Positions 55,638 to 64,000 of a DNA stretch of 64,000 nucleotides are shown here, piece by piece. How positions within the stretch are numbered: position 1 is the first letter of the stretch; every line of letters begins with the position of its first letter. The position numbers and the translations under genes are program-made. The notes under the pieces were generated by a model. The model ran no database searches. It saw nothing but the letters and a program-made list of their open reading frames with translations, and was not told the DNA's origin. Source of the stretch: the human T2T-CHM13v2.0 reference genome, Homo sapiens; assembly GCF_009914755.1 (NCBI RefSeq), contig NC_060926.1; one strand, written 5' to 3'.

Positions 55638-57626
55638 TTACATATCTATATCTGTATTTATCTATGTATACCCTACAGGGTGATTGTGAGGCTTGAAGAA
55701 AAGACATGTAAAAGATGTAAAAGATCTGTGTGTCTGACAGGTAGGTGTTAGGTAACAGTAGTGATGATGTGGCTGCAGAGGTTGGCAGCATCACTCAGAT
55801 CCCTTCCTTCTACACTCCCCAGTGCCAGCGAGTGGGAATGACTCGGTTAACTGTATCACCTCTAGATTGATTTGCTCATTGGACGGATGTTTGTTAAGGG
55901 TCTGTATTGTCTGTTGGATCGTTTGTCTTTTTTATTGACTAGGGGAGGTCTTCTCTGCCTTCTGGGTAGTAATTCTTGGTAATATATGCAGCCAATAGTT
56001 TTCCCCGGTCTGTTGCTTGTCTTTTAACTTTGGAATCTTTGTTGACAGGAAGCATTAAATTTTAATATGGTCAAATTTATCCCTCTTCTCCTTCTGCCCT
56101 TTCTATGTTTATTTAAGAAATCCTTTCTTAATTATATATTTCTGTATGTAATTTTTCTAAAAGTTTCAGAAGAATTCTTTATCAGTTTACGAAACTGATG
56201 ATGTAGTTTGCCTGATTGACGTCTCCTGCCTCCTCTCAACCCACACACATGCTTCGTGTCACCCTCAGGGAGTATGCCCCCAGGACCCCAGTGTGGCCCC
56301 AGCCGGCTCCATGAGCTTGACCTCCAGCCAGGTGGAAGACTCACTGCTTCCTGAATGCGGTGGGCTTTTTCAAGTCCCAGGCTTTTGCCTCTTCCTGGAC
56401 TGCCCTCCCCATCTCCTCTCCCCCAAACTCCCGTCACCCTAAAGACTCTGCCTGATTGTGACTTCCTGCAGGCCCTCAGGTTCCTCCTGTCCACTACACT
56501 GCACTTGCCAAACTGGCTTCCTCACCAACCTCTCAATCCTTGAAGGCAGAGACCACGTCTGTTCACCTTTGTCCCTCCCAGCACAGTCCCTGATGAAGAG
56601 AAGGGTCTCACAATTGTTTTTTAAATTACTTGAATGAACGACATTCCTAATGGAAAATGACATTGTTTTGATGGACGACTTAACATGCCTGGAAAACAGA
56701 CCCACAAGTGAACTAGATTGGTGAGCAAAAAGCCAGGTAACAGTGGCTCTTTCTTAGGACCTTACTGTGTGCCATGCATTCCAATCCAAGCGCTTTACAC
56801 AGAGTGGACCCTTGGATCCTCAGAACACCATGAGGTAGAGACTATTATTACACTGATTTCCAGAAAAGGAATTGAAGCAAGAGGTTAAAGCACACACCTG
56901 GTGTGTTGAGTAGGCATTCGAACACAGACAATCTGGCTCCATGGCCTACCCTCTAAACTACCATGCCCGGCTGCCTAGGATACAGAATAAAAATATCCAG
57001 TGCCTCCTTGACTGTGGCATGAGGTAGTTCCACCAGGGAGAGGGGCATGGGAAATGAAATTTAGGGTTAAGCGCAAAGGAGAAAGACCATCAGAGCCAGC
57101 GGCCACTGGAGCACTGTATCCAACCCAACAGGGCAAGCGGAGAAGGAGTTGTCTGCTCATCACCCCAGAAAAAAACCCCTTGGAGAAAATGGAGTTTCCT
57201 GAAGCTGTCTGGATAGCAGTAGAGAAACATCTGGAAGGGCAGAGCATGGGGAAGCCTTCCCCTTCCTGATGTGTGGGACCATTCTGGGGATATCAACTGT
57301 GAAAGGGAGGGATGTTTTAAGAGATGTCCCCGGGCATGCCCTAGGGTGTGGGGAGAGATGAGGCAGTTGGCCCAGGACCCCTGAGGGGAAGCCGCAGACC
57401 CCAGAAAAGGACCTTGAACTTACCTACAGGACATGGGGCCCTGGAGGCTAGAGTGGCATGGCCGGGGGCGGGGGGTGGAGGTGGGTGTGGCAGGGTGGAG
57501 GGGGAAGGATACTGGAGACAGTTCTGATAGGGACTTGGGGAGACCCAAAGAGGGTGAAGGTGGAGCAGTCAGCAAAAGTGGTGGCCAAAGGCTGAAATAA
57601 AGATAGAAAGGAAGGTGGTTATGTGA

Positions 57627-57628
<2 letters not shown>

Positions 57629-57664
<36 letters not shown>
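57629..57664 (+). repeat. (GT)18 microsatellite
   Basis: Direct reading of the sequence. Confidence 0.95.
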
Positions 57665-57665
<1 letters not shown>

Positions 57666-57908
57666 TTACGTGGGTACATTTGGCAATTGATCCAGAATAT
57701 GGAGAAATGACAGAGAGGACTCAATGATGACTTTTATTCAGCAAATAATTGTCAAGTGAGGGTCTGAATTTGAACTACTCTTTTAAGTGTCACCCTGAAT
57801 AGGATAATGACTAGAAGCTATTATAATGGGTTGAGCTAGAATAAAATTGTATCTGAATTGTGGACATTTCTGATTTAAGTTGAGTGAACTCTGTTGGTAT
57901 TATTACAG

Positions 57909-58009
57909 GAATTTTGCCCTCGGAGTGCACTTATTAAGATCAGCCAAAACAAGTATGCGCTCTCTTGCTCTCATATAAAGTCACCCCCAATTCCTGAGGA
58001 TCCAGAAGT
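57909..58009 (+). CDS. VWA3B: VWA3B internal coding exon (101 nt, phase 0 to 2): EFCPRSALIKISQNKYALSCSHIKSPPIPEDPE(V)
   Basis: tattacag| acceptor; GT|gtaagt donor. Open in phase 0 and completes the second Tudor-like unit; absent from the ORF track. Confidence 0.85.
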
Positions 58010-58749
58010 GTAAGTGTACTCAACTTTTATCTCTTGAATATTAATTTATATCCTTGCACCTTTAATCTGTTTTTGAGATGAGATCCATGACCTCTAAATA
58101 CTAGGGAAGAAAAGTAGAGATGCAGAATGTCCTACTTAAAATGTAGCTCTGTGTTTATTATTCCTTCGACGTCACACCTTTCACCTGCTACTTATTCATC
58201 CATCTGGTTCTAATCTCAAATTCTACATTATTTGACCCTTCAGGAAAGCATTCATGAATATGAAGGAATTGTTCCCCTTTTATTTGTAAAGACTGAAGGC
58301 CTTCTAATTAAGTTGCATTTGGGTCCAGTCACCTACCTACCTCTCCCCTTGCTGGGAGGTGGGAGCAAGGGGCTGGCCCTGGCTTGCCTGTAGCCAGGTC
58401 AGGGTGTTGGAGGGGCGGTGGCTTCCAGGGGCTGCAGTGGAGTGAACACATTTTCAGGTGAGGTAGTAGGATGGCTAAGAGCTGTAAGGTAGACTAAAGC
58501 CAAGGCAAAAGGAAAGGGGGAGGCCTGCAGAGCAAACACGAACCCAAGTCCATGGGGCCAACGAGGGGCATCAAAATTGGGCTCATGGAGCCATGACCTT
58601 GGAGTCAAGGTCATACAAAAAGAGATGAAGTTGGATGTTGAGCAAGTGTTGGGGAAAAGGACCCAGGAAACATCTTCCAGTTTCTGTTAGAGCTTGCAGG
58701 CTGTCTTTGGGTGCTAACCTTCATTCTCCTAATGGCCTTACCTTCTACT

Positions 58750-60590
58750 TCGTCAAAGAACCATCAGACATCCTCTCCCTCCACTTCTGATCTCCCACTT
58801 CTGGGCTTATGGAAGTCTCTGCCTTTGCCCCCGATGTCAAAGAATCAGTGTCCTTCCTTTCACCCCAGGCTGATCTGTCCATTGGGCTCCAGAGGCCCAT
58901 CCTCCACTGCCTCGGGTCCTGGATCCATCAGTGATCCCTGGATTCTTCTCACCTCTCTCCTTAGCTCCTCTTCACTGAGCCCTTCACCTCAGCAAGTACA
59001 CAGGTTGGCCTCCTGTTCACACACACGCAGCACCCACAAACACACACACTCCTAAATAAATACCGTTCCCTTGGTTCCGCAGTGTGATCCAGCATGCTCC
59101 CTGCCCTTCACTGCCGGTCTCCATGCGTCATCGGATAGACTCAACGTCCCCACTCTCCTGTTCACTCCTGAGCCTTGGATATAGGCATCCACCCTTACCC
59201 CTCCAAGAAACTGCTTCCACAGAGGCCACACGGGACCTCTCACGAGCCTGAACCAGTGAGCTCCGCCCTCACTGACTGAACCTGCTCCAGAGTCGCTTTG
59301 GACGCCACCAGCCACTCCCTTCTGCCCTAAACCCTCCTCTTGAGGCTCGTTGCCCCTCTACCTCTCTGGGGTTTATCCCTGCCTGACTTCACTGCCTCCC
59401 ACTGCCTCCATGACTCCCTTTGCACTAAGGACCCCATGTCTCCTTCTCCAACCCAGGCTGCTCTCCTGTGCTTGTGTGTCACAGTCAGACTCCGAGAGTG
59501 GGCCTGGAGGCAGGTTTTTCTGAAAGCCCCCAGCTGGTTGCAAGGTGCAGCCATGATGGGTAACTATAGGGGGAAGAGCATTGGAACCAAGATTGGGTTT
59601 ATATCCCAGCCCTGCCCTCATTAGTTTTGTGGTTGCTCATCGACCCTGAGCTCATCTGCAGGATGACAGTGATGTGAAGATTGGGGACGGTCATTGTCTG
59701 GCAGGTGTTCAGCACATTGTGGGAAGGGCATTGTTTCCAACCACCCCCTGGATATTTCCACCTGAGTGTACAGAATCTCAAAAATTCAGCACATCTAAAA
59801 CTGAAATCAGAGCTCCCCACAAACCTGCTCCCATCTCGGGCTTCCCCATCTCAGTTCACCCTTTTACCCACAAGTCACGGAGCTGTCCAGCCAGAAATCT
59901 GGTGGTCATCTTTGGCTGCTGCTTGTCCTTCACCTACCACACCCCCTTGGTCTCCAGGTTGCAGGCATCCTAACTGGCCAGGAGTTCTCATGTCCTCCAG
60001 CCTCCTCCTGCCACAGTCCCAGTCACTCACCATAAGGGCTGAGCAGAATCAACTTCCTCACATGCAAATCTGCCTGTGTCCCTTCCGCACTTAAAAATCC
60101 TTCAGAGCCCCATCCCCATCACCCCTTCTTATCACAGCTTAGCTTCTTGTTGGTCTGGCCCAGACCTGCCTACCTTGCCTCACTTGTCCCTAGCCACTCC
60201 CAGCTAACCCACCAATGCCTTCTGCATGCTAACCACACTAAGCTACATGTAGGTTTTGCCCACACCATGCTTTCTCAGGTCTCTGTGCCTTCACCAGATT
60301 AAGTATTCTCCCTGGACAGCTATTCCTTGCCCTCAGCCACCTGGGGAACTCCAAGACTGAGCTCAAACGTCAACACCACCATGTGATGTCCCAGCACCCT
60401 AGCCCCCCCAGGTAGTGAGGTGGCCCCACGGCAACCCGTAGAGGTTTCTGTTAAAGAAAATTTCCTTTGCATTGGACACTGTAGGCACAAGTCCTTGAAG
60501 GTAGGGGACAGGTTCTATCTGCCTCTGAATCCCAGTTGCCAGGGTCCAGCTCACAGAATGCCCCCAATGACTATTTGAAGAACAAATAAA
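58750..60590. mobile_element. Degenerate L2 fragments (with a possible MER5 piece ~59460-59570)
   Basis: ctcaaaattcagcacatctaaaactgaaatc, ccagccagaaatctggtggtcatcttt, ccttgaaggtaggggacagg motifs. Confidence 0.55.
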
Positions 60591-61333
60591 TATATACAGA
60601 CACATGCTAGCAGATGCCCAGCGATGCTCCTCAAGGGGTGTGCGGCTCCACAGAGAACCTTTCCTTAGCTATGATTATCAAAAACGTATGCTACAATTCT
60701 CCATTCTTTGTCTAGATGGGTTGATACTTCATTTAAAATAGCAGGACATTTTCTGCTCATCTCAAACATCTACCCCAACAATGGTCCCTGTGGGTCTTGC
60801 TTCTGGTTCCTATGATGTCCAAATTACAGCTCATTATAAAGGAATATGAGCAGATGTATCTAAGTATTACCCATTTTCACCAAACTCAATGTTATCAATC
60901 ATTATTTTAGAATGAAAATGCAAATCCTTGTATGTTGAGAAAAGCCTTTGTTTTCCATCTTCCCCAGGCCTTATTTAAAGCTCTTCACTGTGAATTATCT
61001 ACCCTTGCTTCTGGGCTTCACATGGTGGAAGTCTTCATTGACTCTCGAGTCCCCCATTGTAATTTCTACTCTTTTTTATGTTGGCTGCCTCTGTGGGAGC
61101 AAGAGACTGAGTTTAATGCTCATAAGCAGAGATCACATTCAACCTACTAAGTTCAGAGCTTAACCTGTCTCTGTTTCTATAATAAGGGCTAGCAGAACCG
61201 AGTACAAAAATAAAGGCATAGGTCTGATTTTGTGTCTGAGCTGGGATTTCCTTCTGGTAGGTCCCTTCCTCAGGAGCTCTTTCTCACTTACTTTACAAAT
61301 GTGTTCCTTAGGGAGCATTCATGCCATTATTCC

Positions 61334-61924
61334 TGTTAGAAATGCTTATTCCCCGGTGCTATAAAGAAATAGCACTTGAACATAAATTTAATTTCTTCCG
61401 CAAGGCCATTTTTATACTTTCTGCAGAAAGGGTACACTTGCCAGCAGTTTTGCCATGAGAGTACACCGAACAAAGGAGACAGGGTCATTTATAACCTGAC
61501 GTGTCCACCCTGCTGCTATGCCCGGTTTCCATTGGCTGGAACGGGACCTCACATTCTGTATTTGTTCTGACTGACTAGCAACTTAGAACTTTTTTAAAGA
61601 GGCAAAGGCAGAGGAGAGCAAAGGAAGGAGGAAGTAACTTGGGGAATGCTGAGAAAGGTAAAATCACCTTCAAATAAGGAAGAGGAACAGGCTATGACCT
61701 AACGCTTGCTTGGACCAGTATAAGCTTGCCAGGGCAAATATTTAAACTAAATTGTGAGAGCTAAGAACATAAAGTACATTGATTTCTTTATTACGGTTAG
61801 CAGATGTTTAAGAATGTTAGCACAGGTCTTTGAATAAATTTTGCTTCTAAGAGAAGTTACTCGTTATTCCTAATTAGATGGGGAGGAAAGTCTTTGAAGA
61901 GGAACCTCTACTTTACTTTTTACA
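61334..61924 (-). mobile_element. ERV1 solo LTR (LTR10C-like), full length, 591 bp
   Basis: TG...CA termini; perfect 4-bp TSD ttcc at 61330-61333 and 61925-61928; reverse complement begins tgtaaaaagtaaagtagaggttcctcttcaaagactttcc. Confidence 0.85.
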
Positions 61925-63096
61925 TTCCAAATGAGGCCATCTAAAAAAATCCTGATGCTTTCTTCACAGGCTATTAAAGACATGTACTGTAGGTTACATC
62001 TCCAACAGAACATTATTTGACTAAATTTAATTTTTAAATATTGAATTTACTATAACTATCTGCTTGCAGGGTAAAGCAAGGGATACCTGGGCCCAAACAG
62101 CCTCCATCTTCCCCCCAACCTCCTTTCCTTCCTTCTGGGAGCCTTTCCTCCAGGTCTCTCTTCTGGCTTCTGAGTGAGAACGGTGCACAGTGAAAGGCAG
62201 GAAGAAAGGCATTTGGAGGCTGAAGGGCTCAAAACTAATTGAACACAGCGAAATCTGATGCACATTTTCATTTTCAACTTAAAATTTGACACCTAAATGA
62301 TTCTTAAAGACTTTTTTTAAAAAAACAAGATTGGCTTATAAAATATGTTATCAATATTGCTAAATTCCAGACTACTCATTCCTCAAGGAGGGGATGCTGG
62401 TATTGCCATATTTGCAATGTGAAACCAGCTAGGCGGGTGCAGATTTTCTCTTTCCTTTGCAGCATGACGACGGCATTCTCTGACACACGGCTGAGAGGCG
62501 TGTCTTTCAAGACAGTGTGTCCGATGGAGGGAAATAACTGCTCTTCCCTTCCCTTCCGTTCAGGAGTGTCCCTGAGCTTTCTGCTACATTCCATGGCATC
62601 AGAGATGTCTTTTCTGAGGGAGAATAGTCCGTATCCTGTCTATAACTGCCTCCATTTGAGAACATATGTGTAGTTTCTCCCATGTGGTCCTTCTCAATAA
62701 CTACAAGAAACAGGCAGAACAGAGGGATTTTCCTCCATTTGGCATCCTCTCTCCTTGCCAGGGCAGGGGACTCACAGACCAAGTCCTTCCCTGGCTGCCT
62801 CCCCTGGCGTCCCGTTCCCATCAGAGGACTGTGGCCTCTGGCCAGGGCAGGGGGAGGCACCTGGTGGGTCTGATGCTCCAGCTGCTGGTGTTCTCCAGTG
62901 GAGAGAGGTGCCTCTAGCAGGCATTACTCAACCACCCACAGGCTGGGGTTTCAGGCCGCCTGAACTGAATACACACACCTGGTGCCACTTAACTAGCTAG
63001 AACTCTCTCCCAGATGAGCTGGAATCCTTCCTCCCCTTACCCTTAACAGAGCACAGCTTGTTTTTACCTTCAAGACTCCTCCTTAAGAAGACTCCT

Positions 63097-63403
63097 GTCC
63101 GGGGGCAGTGGCTCATGCCTGTAACCCTAGCACTTTGGGAGGCCGAGATGGGCAGATCATTTGAGGTCAGGAGTTCGAGACCAGCCTGGCCATTATGGTG
63201 AAACCTCGCCTCTACTAAAAATACAAAAATTAGATGGACATGGTGGTGGGCACCCTTAATCCCAGCTACTCGGGAGGCTGAGAGAAGAATCACTTGAACC
63301 CAGGAGGTAGAGCTTGCCATGAGCCGAGATCACACCACTGCACTCCAGCCTGGGCGACAGAGCGAGACTCTGTCAAAAAAAAAAAAAAGAAAAAAGAAAA
63401 AAA
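63097..63403 (+). mobile_element. Alu (AluS-like)
   Basis: Sense Alu consensus with an A-rich tail. Confidence 0.95.
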
Positions 63404-64000
63404 AGCCTTTTTAGAGGGAGTATGATTTATTTTTAAAAAAATAATAACTTTCCAAATGTGATATCAGGAAAGCAAAATAGGACTCAGCATTTCCTCTGTG
63501 CTCCAGGGAAACATCAGGCATCTGAAGGAAGCTGTTAGGTTCTGGGGCCCTGGAGGCAAGGCATGTTCTTCTCTTGCTGCTTGAGGGTCATTGTGTGGTC
63601 CTGGGGACATGGCTATGTATGAGTCGGCAGGAGGAGAGACCCTCCCAGGGCCAGGTGGGGTTTGTCTGGGTCTCTGGTCAACCCCTGTTCCCCACAATTC
63701 CTGTTACACAAAATATTAGCCTCTCATTATCTGTCTTTTGAGCAGTTGAGGAACTTTCCATGAAGCCATTGGATTTGGGAGTGTGTCCCAGTGGAAATGA
63801 TACCGTGCGCAGTGTTTAACACTCCTCCCTTGACCCCGTGTAGTGTTGTGGACTCACATTGTCTCCTGACATCAGTGAAATTAAGTCATTGATTGAAACT
63901 TCAAGATTCAGCTCTGCCTCTGACATTACGTCAGATGAATCACTTCACTTAATCTCGCCTGGTCACTCCTGACGATTTTCTCCTAAGAGGCGTCTGTGCA

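Overview
Primate, most likely human, genomic DNA that is intron-dominated and rich in Alu, L1, L2, MIR and LTR repeats. Seven short GT-AG exons on the + strand (4514-4632, 10322-10372, 24881-25082, 44710-44821, 52109-52233, 54286-54423, 57909-58009; 848 nt) splice with consistent phases into one open frame. I recognise the peptide from memory as the C-terminal part of VWA3B, including its DUF4537/Tudor-like region; the gene starts before and ends after the window. Most ORFs in the supplied track are repeat-derived or spurious. The 14.5-kb intron at 10373-24880 is a nested stack of antisense L1s. It holds a young L1PA with a twin-priming 5' inversion, a tailless L1 with a templated 63-bp filler plus a perfect hairpin at its junction, and a ~350-bp poly(A)-tailed retrocopy of unidentified origin with a target-site duplication (TSD). 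Other notable items are an interrupted sense-strand (ATTCT)n array (the SCA10 motif) in an ataxia-associated gene, a 47-bp minisatellite with 94-bp higher-order structure, and a ~76-nt hairpin beside a weak splice donor. I found no convincing wholly new biological system. Repeat subfamily names are by-eye recognition and repeat boundaries are approximate unless TSDs are quoted.
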